Counted from the stretch's first letter, positions 18,691 to 27,942 are shown. The stretch: 64,000 nt of DNA from Spirochaetota bacterium (GCA_043803405.1 JAZDKB010000003.1:56143-120142), one strand, 5' to 3'. Made by a program: numbers and translations. Notes: generated by a model not told the origin, from the letters alone.

Positions 18691-20166
18691 CTATTTAAAA
18701 GCTTCCTTGAGTTCCTTATGCAAATCGTCCACATCCTTTTGCGTCCGCAATTGATATTTCTCAAGGACCGACTCTTCCAGATAATAATAATTGTATTTGC
18801 CTGATTCGAATTCGGCAAGCATGTTACCCAGGTACACAGGGAAAATAAACTCTTTGAATTTATCGTTAGCTTCAAGTGGCGAATGATGAAACTTAATTGC
18901 GTCTACCAGGTATTCCGGGAAATTCCACTTCTTTGCCATAAGCTCCCCTATTGTGGAGTGACTGATCCCGAGCGAGACCTCTTCCAGTATGGTAGACGTT
19001 CTTATTTTTCTGTCTTTTGTCAGGTCGGATATCCAGGCTGTAAATTTCGAATCAGCTGCCAAAAGTACAAGCTTCCCCAGGTCGTGGAGCAGTCCGCCCA
19101 GATACGCGAACTCGACAGTCTTTGACTTGCCGAATTTCTGAGCAATATACCTGGCATAGTCTGCTGTTTTTGTGCAGTGATTCCATATCTCTTTAAATTT
19201 TGTATATCTTTTTTCCAGAATGCTGCGCGTGCCTGTAACCAGAAGCAGGTCATGAAGGTTCGAAAATCCTATTATAAGCACAGCCTCGTTTATATGTTCA
19301 ACTCTTTTACCTAAAAAGAATCCTGCCGAATTGGCGAGCTTTAATATTTCGCTCGTTAGCGCCGGATCGGAAATTATCTTTCCTACTACCTGTTCTATTG
19401 TGGATTCGGGGTCCTTGCAAAGCCTTAATAATTCCACTATATTCTGGTTAAAGCTCGGAAGCCCGTCAACTTCGCTTATTATCTGCTTCTTGATCTGGGT
19501 TGTGATTACTTTAGGCTTTAATTCATAAGGTATTTCAAATTTTGCCTGCGTGGTTTTGCCGTCCGTTGATATGTTGAACGCGCTTTCTCCCATCCCTGTA
19601 TTTTTAAGAAGCAGGATTGAAAGCACAATACCCAGGCCTGCGCCCTCGGTCTCATCGTATATTTCCTCATAAGCCTCGGTAAAATCCTTATATTCCCTGG
19701 CTTTCTTCATCCTTATGTTTATCCTTTCCATTTCCACTGCATGTATGGGGACATTGTTCTCAACCATGACCTTAACCCCGTCATCCGTCATCGCAACAGA
19801 AAGGATTGCCCTGAAATCGGTACTTTCCAGCTCTTTTTCAATAGTATCTGTGCCTATTACCTCTTTCCTGAAGTTTTTAATCGCGTTCGAATATTTTTCC
19901 TGGTTATTGATATCCAGTTTAAGTTTTAAAAAATAATACCTTTTCGCATTTGCCTTTACCGCATTAGCGATTATCTCTCTTAATATGGTAACAACTGAAT
20001 CGAGGAGATAGATCATATCTATTTTGGCTAATACCTTGGAAAAAAAAGCGTCTATAGATTTTAGCAATGTTTCATTGTGAAAGGGAAACTTAATGCTGAC
20101 CGTCTTTTCTTTATCCAGCAGGGAGAGCAGGTCGCTCGGTTTAATGTTCTGCATGATACGCTCCAT
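18691..20166 (-). CDS. HATPase-like + HDOD domain signal transduction protein
   Basis: LREIIANAVKAN, EGAGLGI; DPALTSEILKLANSA, WNHC, GLLHDLGK, WNFPE...IKFHH. Confidence 0.9.
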   Translation of the reverse strand: MERIMQNIKPSDLLSLLDKEKTVSIKFPFHNETLLKSIDAFFSKVLAKIDMIYLLDSVVTILREIIANAVKANAKRYYFLKLKLDINNQEKYSNAIKNFRKEVIGTDTIEKELESTDFRAILSVAMTDDGVKVMVENNVPIHAVEMERINIRMKKAREYKDFTEAYEEIYDETEGAGLGIVLSILLLKNTGMGESAFNISTDGKTTQAKFEIPYELKPKVITTQIKKQIISEVDGLPSFNQNIVELLRLCKDPESTIEQVVGKIISDPALTSEILKLANSAGFFLGKRVEHINEAVLIIGFSNLHDLLLVTGTRSILEKRYTKFKEIWNHCTKTADYARYIAQKFGKSKTVEFAYLGGLLHDLGKLVLLAADSKFTAWISDLTKDRKIRTSTILEEVSLGISHSTIGELMAKKWNFPEYLVDAIKFHHSPLEANDKFKEFIFPVYLGNMLAEFESGKYNYYYLEESVLEKYQLRTQKDVDDLHKELKEAFK

Positions 20167-20264
20167 GACCGCAGTATGATAATAATTATATAAACAGTAT
20201 CTATATTATCGTCAATATTTATTTATTTACTTAACAATCTATTACCGGATTCTGAAATCTCAAT

Positions 20265-20519
20265 GAAACAGCATAAGAATCTAAGTGAGGTAGCGGTCGA
20301 GTGACTGTGAGACATTAACCGTAAGACAAAGGTTACGGACAAGGAAATCGTTTTCCTTATGCCGTACGTCGCGTACACAAAGGATATTTCGAGATAGGGA
20401 GCAAACTGGGCTCAAGCTCGATCAAGACAGGTAAAAGCCCGATTGTAGATGTGAAGTAAACTTAAGCTCAGGAGCGCTTTTCATGAGAAGAAGTATCTCG
20501 TAAGCGCTCCCTGAAAAAA
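20265..20519 (+). ncRNA. Candidate unidentified structured non-coding RNA (or non-coding end of a mobile element)
   Basis: About 45% GC over 20281-20520 versus about 15% over 20181-20240 (hand counts). No credible ORF, and at least 4 stem-loops. Confidence 0.45.
20494..20519 (+). repeat. 26-bp direct repeat, copy 1
   Basis: tatctcgtaagcgctccctgaaaaaa, identical to 23787-23812. Confidence 0.92.
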
Positions 20520-20752
20520 CAATGAAACCTGCCGCAGACTGCCCGGTCATCGCCAATTATATCCGGTAAACATTCCTGTTTAATAGACAAATAATAATAA
20601 TTCAAAAATAATGTTGACATCATTATAGAATATTTGTCAGAATGAACGATTTTCATAATTTTACCCTGCTATAGAAGTTAACTTATTAAATTCTGAAAGT
20701 CACTGCTTTAAAATATCCTTATCAAAATAACTTAATTACAACAGGAGGAGTT

Positions 20753-23044
20753 ATGAAAGACTGCTTTAAATTTTTGCGCGTTTTAATCATTTTCTTAATA
20801 ATGCTGGGCATGGTTTCCTGCGGAGGCGGAGGAGGAAGCAGCAGTCCCGGAATTACCGGAGACCCGCCAACGTCGCCCGGTTCTCTCGATACATCCTTTA
20901 ATCCCGGAGCAGGGCCAAATTCCCAGGGCAAAATATATTGCATGGCTATTCAAAGCGACGGCAAAATAATTATTGGCGGAGAATTTAATTACTACAGCAG
21001 CTATTCAAGAAACAATATCGCAAGGATCAATTCGGACGGCTCCCTCGATACAACCTTTGATCCTGGCACAGGCGCAGATGATGTTGTAAGAAGCCTTGCT
21101 ATCCAAAGTGACGGCCAAATTGTTACAGGAGGCAGGTTCATAACCTATAATGGTTCTTCACGAAGTCATATCGCAAGGCTCAACACTGACGGCTCACTTG
21201 ACTCTTCCTTTGATCCCGGCACAGGCACAGACACATATTCTTCTATCTATTCCATCGCGATTCAAAGCGACGGTAAAATTATTATTGGAGGGGCATTCAC
21301 AACCTATAACAGTTCTTCAAGAAGCTGTATCGCAAGGATCAATTCCAACGGTTCACTCGACACTTCCTTTGATCCGGGCACTGGCACAGGTACAAATTAT
21401 GCCGTTAAATCTATTGCAATTCAAAGCGACGGCAAAATTGTTATTGGCGGGGATTTCATAACCTATAATGGTACTTCAAGACACTATATCGCAAGGATCA
21501 ATTCCGACGGTTCCCTCGACACTTCCTTTGACCCTGGCACCGGAGTTGGTTGGGGTATTGTACTATGCGTAGCAATTCAATCCGACAGCAAAATTATTAT
21601 TGGAGGAACATTCGAAACTTATAACGGTTCTTCAAGAGACACAATTGCAAGGATCAATTCCGATGGTTCCCTCGACATTTCCTTTGCTCCAAGCATAGGC
21701 GCAGGTTATTATTTAAATGGTATTGCCATTCAAAACGACGGCAAAATTGTTATTTGCGAACAGTATTCATCCAATATTATCAGGATTAATACAGACGGTT
21801 CTACCGACAGCTTATTCAACCTTAACAAGCCTTCCTTTTATGAAAGTATGGATAGCGGTTTCTATTGTCTGGGGATTCAAAGCAACGGTAAAATTGTTAT
21901 CGGCGGTTTTTTGGAAAACGATTACGGCACTGCAATAAAAAGCATTATAAGGCTGGAATCAACCGGGTCACAGGATAATTCTTTTGCAGCTACTATCCCT
22001 CTTCAGAACGAAGTTCTATCATTAGCCTGCATGGCAATTCAAAGCGACGGCAAAATTATTGTTGGAGGAGAATTCTCGGGCTACAGCGGCATTGCCAAAA
22101 ATAATTTAGCAAGGATAAACACTGACGGTTCACTCGACTCTTCCTTTGATACGGGCACAGGCGCAAATTATTCCGTAAATTCCATTGCAATTCAAAGCGA
22201 CGGTAAAATCATTATAGGCGGGTACTTCACAGCCTATAACTCAACTGTCAGAAACCGTATTGCAAGAATCAACACTGATGGTTCACTCGACACTTCCTTT
22301 GATCCAGGTACAGGCGCGACTAATTACCTTAATTCCATTGCAATTCAAAGCGACGGCAAAATTCTTATTGGAGGCGGATTCACAGCTTATAACTCAACTG
22401 TCAGAAACCGTATTGCAAGGATAAACACTAACGGTTCAATCGACTCTTCCTTTAATCCCGGCACGGGTGCAAATAGTTCGGTAAGTTCCATTGCTATCCA
22501 AAGCGACGGTAAAATTCTTATTGGAGGCGGATTCACATCCTATAACTCAACTGTCAGAAACCATATTGCAAGGATCAACACTGACGGTTCACTCGACTCT
22601 TCCTTTGATCCCGACACGGGTGCAAATAGTTCGGTAAGTTCCATTGCTATCCAAAGCGACGGTAAAATTCTTATTGGAGGTGGATTCACAACTTATAACT
22701 CAACTGTCAGGAACCATATCACAAGGATAAACTCTGACGGTTCACTCGATACAACCTTTAATCCGGGTACAGGCGCAGGTGATAATGTAAAATGTATGTC
22801 AATTCAAAGCGACGGCAAAATTGTTATTGGAGGAGAATTCACAACTTATAACTCAACTGTCAGATGCCGTATCGCAAGGATCAATTCGGACGGCTCTCTG
22901 AACACAACCTTTGATCCTGGTACAGGCGCAGATGATGATATAGAGTGCATGTCAATTCAAAGCGACAGTAAAATCATTGTTGGCGGAGAATTTTCAAGCT
23001 ACAACGGCACTGCGCGAAACAACATCGCAAGGATCAATCCTTAG
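20753..23044 (+). CDS. Lipoprotein with 14 delta-60 (DUF5122-type) beta-propeller repeats
   Basis: AGGAGG RBS; lipobox MVSC + Gly linker; 14 copies of a ~51-aa unit SLDTSFDPGTGA..V.SIAIQSDGKIIIGG.FT.YN...R..IARIN.DG. Confidence 0.92.
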   Translation: MKDCFKFLRVLIIFLIMLGMVSCGGGGGSSSPGITGDPPTSPGSLDTSFNPGAGPNSQGKIYCMAIQSDGKIIIGGEFNYYSSYSRNNIARINSDGSLDTTFDPGTGADDVVRSLAIQSDGQIVTGGRFITYNGSSRSHIARLNTDGSLDSSFDPGTGTDTYSSIYSIAIQSDGKIIIGGAFTTYNSSSRSCIARINSNGSLDTSFDPGTGTGTNYAVKSIAIQSDGKIVIGGDFITYNGTSRHYIARINSDGSLDTSFDPGTGVGWGIVLCVAIQSDSKIIIGGTFETYNGSSRDTIARINSDGSLDISFAPSIGAGYYLNGIAIQNDGKIVICEQYSSNIIRINTDGSTDSLFNLNKPSFYESMDSGFYCLGIQSNGKIVIGGFLENDYGTAIKSIIRLESTGSQDNSFAATIPLQNEVLSLACMAIQSDGKIIVGGEFSGYSGIAKNNLARINTDGSLDSSFDTGTGANYSVNSIAIQSDGKIIIGGYFTAYNSTVRNRIARINTDGSLDTSFDPGTGATNYLNSIAIQSDGKILIGGGFTAYNSTVRNRIARINTNGSIDSSFNPGTGANSSVSSIAIQSDGKILIGGGFTSYNSTVRNHIARINTDGSLDSSFDPDTGANSSVSSIAIQSDGKILIGGGFTTYNSTVRNHITRINSDGSLDTTFNPGTGAGDNVKCMSIQSDGKIVIGGEFTTYNSTVRCRIARINSDGSLNTTFDPGTGADDDIECMSIQSDSKIIVGGEFSSYNGTARNNIARINP

Positions 23045-23086
23045 CATGAAATGCAGTTTTTGGCAAAGAAGCTTGTCTTAGAGCAC

Positions 23087-23132
23087 ACGCAAAAAAAGCG
23101 CCCTGAAACGCAAGGGCGCTTTTTTATTGCGT
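23087..23132. terminator. Bidirectional intrinsic terminator
   Basis: aaaaaaagcgccct-gaaacgca-agggcgctttttt downstream of the repeat-protein gene. Confidence 0.85.
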
Positions 23133-23307
23133 ATAAGCAGAAAAGACAGCAACAGGCCGACGATAACTCCCTTTCCTTCCGGCCTCCGGCTATATTCCAC
23201 TTAGCATTTACAACCGAAAGCTTAATACGAAAAAGGATATGCTATTTATATACGAATGAAAATTATACCGGCAATCAATACACTTATACTATTAACCAGA
23301 TGCAGAA

Positions 23308-23433
23308 GGCCAGCACGGATGCCGGCCGCGAGGCGTGGGACAGGATGTCCCTTACGCCGAGCAAGCCGGCCGCGGCGTTTGAGCGGCCGACCTTTCTTTT
23401 CGCCCTTTTCTTTGGGCGTACAAAGAAAAGGGC
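23308..23433. repeat. GC-rich four-hairpin intergenic element with GGA loops
   Basis: ggccagca-CGGA-tgccggcc; ggcgtgggaca-GGA-tgtcccttacgcc; cggccgc/gcggccg; perfect 13-bp gcccttttctttg/caaagaaaagggc. Confidence 0.8.
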
Positions 23434-23448
23434 AAGGGGGACTTTCAG

Positions 23449-23658
23449 TCAGTCAATCATCTTGCGCAGGGTATTTACATCATCTGAGAACACAAAGCTA
23501 TTATTTTTGTATTCCTCCTGGCACTCAGCATAACTATTGTAAATTTTATTTCTTTCCTCTTCAATAATTGCCTTTTCCAGTATATTCTTTATTTCAATCT
23601 TTTCAGTCAGTGATAAATTCCTGACATCATCTACCAGGTCATTGAATGTTGTTTGCAT
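23449..23658 (-). CDS. Small protein resembling antitoxins paired with RelE/YafQ-type toxins (orphan)
   Basis: 69 aa, AAGGA RBS; pattern FNDLVDDVRNLSLTEK.EI..ILEK.IIEE.R..IY...FSDD...L..MI recalled from toxin-antitoxin-linked proteins. Confidence 0.55.
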   Translation of the reverse strand: MQTTFNDLVDDVRNLSLTEKIEIKNILEKAIIEEERNKIYNSYAECQEEYKNNSFVFSDDVNTLRKMID

Positions 23659-23786
23659 AAAAGTAATTCCTTTATAATAAGATAATATTACCGCCCAAAC
23701 TGTTATTATCTTTGTGTAAAATACTAATAATTAAATAGAAAGTAAAGGATTTTTTGCCTGTAAGAATGCTATAGTAAGTAACGCGA

Positions 23787-23812
23787 TATCTCGTAAGCGC
23801 TCCCTGAAAAAA
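23787..23812 (+). repeat. 26-bp direct repeat, copy 2
   Basis: tatctcgtaagcgctccctgaaaaaa, identical to 20494-20519. Confidence 0.92.
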
Positions 23813-23971
23813 TATCAATGATTAGCGCCGACCGGCACAGATTATTCATTGACAATACCTGATATTCCCCCGCCTATTGCACATATCCATTCGCTTTAAT
23901 TTTTTTCGATTAACCGCCGCAGGCTATTTGTCGAAATAAAAAGAAAACACACCCAACAATCAGGAGCAAAC

Positions 23972-24964
23972 ATGAACAAAAAATGCGTGGCTTTATTATC
24001 CTCTATTCTTCTTTTTAGCGCCTTCACAGGCAACACCGCTTTCAGCGACGATACCATTAATCTTAAATCCGAAGGCAAAAAAGACACATACAAGTTCCCT
24101 CAGTTTTATAAAGGCATTTATCTTAATGTTTACTCAGCAAGGAATATGGACAGGCTTACAGGCTTTATGGAAAAAGCGAAAAAGAACAGGATCAATACAC
24201 TTGTGCTCGATGTACAGACAGGCAAAGCAGACACCTGCGCGGTTTCGCAGGAAATCGTTTCGCATTGCGTGAAGAACGGCTTTCATCCTGTTGCAAGGAT
24301 CGTTGTGTTCCCGGACGGGCTAAGCCACTACCCTGTAACCGAAGAGTTCATAAACGGCAAACTGAATATCGCAGAAGCAGCGTGCATTAACGGCTTTAAG
24401 GAAATTCAGTTCGATTATATAAGGTTCAGCGATATCCGCGTATCGAAGCGCCTTACGTTTGCTGAAAAATATGCTTTTATAGAAAGCTTCTTCCGTAAGG
24501 CAAGGGCGCGTGTTGAAAAATATAATACCAAAATAGCGGCAGACGTTTTCGGCAGGATCCCGCTGAATCAGGATGACGGCATAGGACAGAAGATGGAAGT
24601 ATTCGACAAGGTAGTGGATATAATATGCCCAATGGCATATCCGTCCCATTATACATGGAGCGCCAAGCTGATGGCAGACCCGTATCACACTGTATTCATC
24701 ACTTCCAAAAGCGCAAAAGAAAGAAGCAAAAAAGCGGAAATAGTGACATACATCCAGGCATTCCAGATGAAGGTCGGCAAATCGAATCTTACTTTCGACA
24801 AATACATAGAGGTACAGCTTAAAGCTGTTCACGATTCCGGAGTGCGGGGATACATTCTCTGGAACGCGTCACAGAATTACGATGTGGCGTTCAGGGTACT
24901 CGGCAAATACTACAGGGAAGCTCAGGAAGCGGCTAACCTGAACACAAAGGATAAGTCGTCGTAG
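23972..24964 (+). CDS. Putative glycoside hydrolase (DUF4015 family)
   Basis: KGIYL, ARIVVF.D, GFKEIQFDYIRF, AADVFG, PMAYPSHY, YIQAF, GYILWNA. Confidence 0.88.
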   Translation: MNKKCVALLSSILLFSAFTGNTAFSDDTINLKSEGKKDTYKFPQFYKGIYLNVYSARNMDRLTGFMEKAKKNRINTLVLDVQTGKADTCAVSQEIVSHCVKNGFHPVARIVVFPDGLSHYPVTEEFINGKLNIAEAACINGFKEIQFDYIRFSDIRVSKRLTFAEKYAFIESFFRKARARVEKYNTKIAADVFGRIPLNQDDGIGQKMEVFDKVVDIICPMAYPSHYTWSAKLMADPYHTVFITSKSAKERSKKAEIVTYIQAFQMKVGKSNLTFDKYIEVQLKAVHDSGVRGYILWNASQNYDVAFRVLGKYYREAQEAANLNTKDKSS

Positions 24965-24970
24965 ATTATC

Positions 24971-25480
24971 TCACTCAAACTCCAGCAGGAACTCGGACTT
25001 GTTGTTTAGCGGGTCATTCTTCAGCTTTATTACAGCAGCCTTATCATCCGGCAGATCAAAATAAAGATACGACGGCTTGGGCTGCTCAATATTGTTAAGC
25101 TTTACATACTGCCCTTTTTTTTCGTCAAGAACCCACTTTTCCACAACAAGAAGATGCCTGTTGTTGCCTGCTATCTTTGCTTCGAAAGTCTTCTTTTGTG
25201 ACTCAAGGCCGATCGTAGTGCGGCCTGCGTCTATCTTGTCTATAAATATCCTGTAATACGATCTCCTGTCCCAGGATGGATCATCTATGTTGACATCAAA
25301 GCCCACAAATTTAAAATTAAACTCTCTTGGCTGAACGTCCGGAACAATAGTATTATTATTGACCTGGGTGGTCACTGTCTGCGGATCTTCAACACGTATG
25401 TCGGGCTTCCTTACATCGCCGGAAGAACACGACATTAAAACAAGCAAAGAAAAAATGACCAGGCTAAATACTATCCGCAT
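24971..25480 (-). CDS. Hypothetical lipoprotein
   Basis: 169 aa, lipobox LMSC; coupled to upstream gene. Confidence 0.75.
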   Translation of the reverse strand: MRIVFSLVIFSLLVLMSCSSGDVRKPDIRVEDPQTVTTQVNNNTIVPDVQPREFNFKFVGFDVNIDDPSWDRRSYYRIFIDKIDAGRTTIGLESQKKTFEAKIAGNNRHLLVVEKWVLDEKKGQYVKLNNIEQPKPSYLYFDLPDDKAAVIKLKNDPLNNKSEFLLEFE

Positions 25481-25481
25481 A

Positions 25482-27062
25482 TCATTCTCCTAATTCAATT
25501 GTATAAGGATCGTCATAATTACCGGATACAGATTCTATAATTATATAGCCTTTAAGGTCAATCATTTCTTTAAACGAGACGGACTCCCCGTCCTTTACCT
25601 GTTCAGTTTTAACGACAAACCCCATTGGGTCTGTTACAGAGATTTTAAACTCCGCATTCTTAATGCCGTTAAACGTAAACTTTTTCCTCACCCGCGTTTT
25701 ATATTCTATAAGATAATAATCCCTGTCGTCTTTCCTGGAAATAAAGCCTGTGATCCTGCTGCCTTTTATTCTCGTGGCTTTTTCCTTTGTGTCATTCGGT
25801 TCAATCTCGAAGCTCTCGTTATACGGAATAAATGACACATTCAGATTATAATCCGGGCTTGTGTTGTCGCCCCTCCTTGAAGATACCTCTATGTAAAAAG
25901 CCATCTTTAACAGGGCATCTGGCATTATTTCCGCGCCCGGGCCTTTTACGTTATCGATCTCGAACAGCTTCTTTCTGTTTTCGTCAAATATCCTTACTAT
26001 CAGATCCAGGCTATCGGACGACGCATCAATTCTGTAAAGATACTGCTCGTCCGCAACAGCTTTTCCTTCCGCATCCGCTGCCGGGGCAGTATACAGATAA
26101 TAGTCCCTGTCTCCCTCGGAAAATATTTTGCCGGTGATCCCGGGCTTTTGCATCGGGTTGGCAGATTCGAAATTATTGTTCGGCTCAATCTCCGTGGAAT
26201 AATCGTACGCCTTTGCAGTTGTCTGCAATGTGTACATTGCTCCGTTATTTGATTCGAAGTTCGAGGCCGCCATGATATAATATCTGCCCGGCTTCATAAT
26301 CCCGATTCCCTCAAGCCGTTTGGCCTCTCCTGTGTTGCCGGCGCCTGAAGAAGCAATTTCGTTTTTATCGCCGTCGAATAAAGAAAGCATTGAGCTTACA
26401 TCCGGCACGCCCGAAATCGTAATATCCAGGAGAACAGGCTTGCCGTCAGCAAGATCAACATCAAAATAATACCAGTCTTCTTCCCTGGATAATGAAGCAG
26501 TGTTGGTGTTCAATTTATTGAAAGCCGGAGAAAAATATCCTTTCACTTCCCTTCCTATTTCCAGCAGATTTGCGTTTACATCATCATCATTGGGTTCCTT
26601 CTCTTCTCCATCCCAGCTTCCGGACCTGAGATGCAGCACATAATTGTTCTCGGGATTGCCCTGCGGAATATCGCGGTCTCCATGCAGAATTTCAATGTAG
26701 TACGCACCTGCGTAAAAATACATATTGCGCATCCTTTCCGGGGAAGACTTCCTTGAATCGTCAATATACTTTATTTCAAGAGGCTCAACACTTCTCTCCC
26801 TCCATATCCTGATCGCATGATTGATTCCCTTGACAGGAGAAAGCTCAATATCCATAACTATCGGGCTGACAATGTCGAGCCTGTAAAAATCATGATCAGA
26901 ACCCGTATCAAGCAGTCCCTCTACGGCAATATCAGGCTCAATTTTATTTGCAGAAGTAAAGCTATTATTAGGCTCCTTTTCCCTGTACACGTCTTTTTTA
27001 CAGGAATAAAGAGCTGATAATAACATTAATGATGCTAATATATATATATATTTAGTGCTCAT
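25482..27062 (-). CDS. Lipoprotein with four PPC-like (E.EPN[N/D]) beta-sandwich repeats
   Basis: Lipobox LYSC; EKEPNN, EKEPND, EIEPNN and EIEPND, each followed by D.D[YFW]Y. Start moved to ATG 27062. Confidence 0.82.
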   Translation of the reverse strand: MSTKYIYILASLMLLSALYSCKKDVYREKEPNNSFTSANKIEPDIAVEGLLDTGSDHDFYRLDIVSPIVMDIELSPVKGINHAIRIWRERSVEPLEIKYIDDSRKSSPERMRNMYFYAGAYYIEILHGDRDIPQGNPENNYVLHLRSGSWDGEEKEPNDDDVNANLLEIGREVKGYFSPAFNKLNTNTASLSREEDWYYFDVDLADGKPVLLDITISGVPDVSSMLSLFDGDKNEIASSGAGNTGEAKRLEGIGIMKPGRYYIMAASNFESNNGAMYTLQTTAKAYDYSTEIEPNNNFESANPMQKPGITGKIFSEGDRDYYLYTAPAADAEGKAVADEQYLYRIDASSDSLDLIVRIFDENRKKLFEIDNVKGPGAEIMPDALLKMAFYIEVSSRRGDNTSPDYNLNVSFIPYNESFEIEPNDTKEKATRIKGSRITGFISRKDDRDYYLIEYKTRVRKKFTFNGIKNAEFKISVTDPMGFVVKTEQVKDGESVSFKEMIDLKGYIIIESVSGNYDDPYTIELGE

Positions 27063-27081
27063 TAGCCATAGTTTTACGTAA

Positions 27082-27142
27082 TAGACCTGCTGCAAATCAT
27101 AAGTATCTCTTCAATCGAAATGACAGTTTTGCAACAAGTCTA
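27082..27142. mobile_element. MITE-like element, copy 1
   Basis: TIRs tagacctgctgcaaa / tttgcaacaagtcta bounded by TA; core contains gaaatgacag. Confidence 0.65.
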
Positions 27143-27232
27143 ATATATTTAATTTAAAATAATTAAGCTGGTGTTTTTGCAGTAACAATAATTCAATTTA
27201 TTTAAGCTGCCAGTTTTATATAACTTTTCAAT

Positions 27233-27817
27233 TTATTGCGTCTTTTCTTCATCCCGCTTTTTAATATAGGCAATAAGCCTGGAGAACAATTCATAAAATT
27301 CTTTTAACTCGTCTTTTTTTCTAAGCGGCCTTAAGTCGGGATATGTGCCGCTGATTATTTCTTTTATATATTCGGACATTAAATAAATAGGCCCGGATAT
27401 TTTATGCGTTTTCCTGATCAACACAGGGTATAAAATAAATCCTGTGGAAATTAAGAATATGATGACTATCAGGAATATGACATTGTTACGCTGAGTCAAC
27501 TCCTTAACAAGAATTATGTTGTTTTTCATTGACTCTGAATTCTTTTCATTTTTTTCTTTTATTTTGCTATTTAAATCCGATTTATCCCCGTCTTTAATCA
27601 TCACAATTTGCAGCATTGATTCTATTATCTCGCTCTGAGCATCCATGATATTATTCTGTTCCTGAATAATTTTCTCTATTTTCTTATTATCATTATAGAA
27701 ATTAATGCCAACCGTTATTATAACAATACAAATCAAGCCAAAGAAAATACTCATAAAGGAATAGGTAGTCTTTAACTGAAATTTTCTGTCTACAATCTTA
27801 TTCTTTCTTTGATCCAT
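27233..27817 (-). CDS. Two-TM membrane protein with HAMP-like C-terminus
   Basis: IVDRKFQLK, two TM segments, THKISGPIY...LRKKDELKE. Confidence 0.8.
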   Translation of the reverse strand: MDQRKNKIVDRKFQLKTTYSFMSIFFGLICIVIITVGINFYNDNKKIEKIIQEQNNIMDAQSEIIESMLQIVMIKDGDKSDLNSKIKEKNEKNSESMKNNIILVKELTQRNNVIFLIVIIFLISTGFILYPVLIRKTHKISGPIYLMSEYIKEIISGTYPDLRPLRKKDELKEFYELFSRLIAYIKKRDEEKTQ

Positions 27818-27942
27818 AAATCGTATCCTTGCATTTGCCGGGCTAATAAATAAGAAAAGTATAAATAATAAATGTTATCGATTATATAATGGCTGTATAA
27901 ATATTGCAATAATAATAAAATATCATTTAAGCAAGAATCATT

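Noticed and set aside
20870..23040. Regular DNA repeats suggesting a CRISPR array or diversity-generating retroelement
   Set aside because: Repeats are in-frame ~51-codon protein units with no unique spacers. No cas or reverse transcriptase gene and no non-coding template copy are in the window.
23051..23567. ORFs 23051..23533 and 23256..23567
   Set aside because: They run through a terminator and/or the palindromic element and overlap the antisense small gene; no protein-like motifs.
27037..27052. (TA)n run near the start of the PPC lipoprotein gene as a phase-variation tract
   Set aside because: Short, in frame (YIYI) and plausible by chance in AT-rich DNA; would need read-level length variation.
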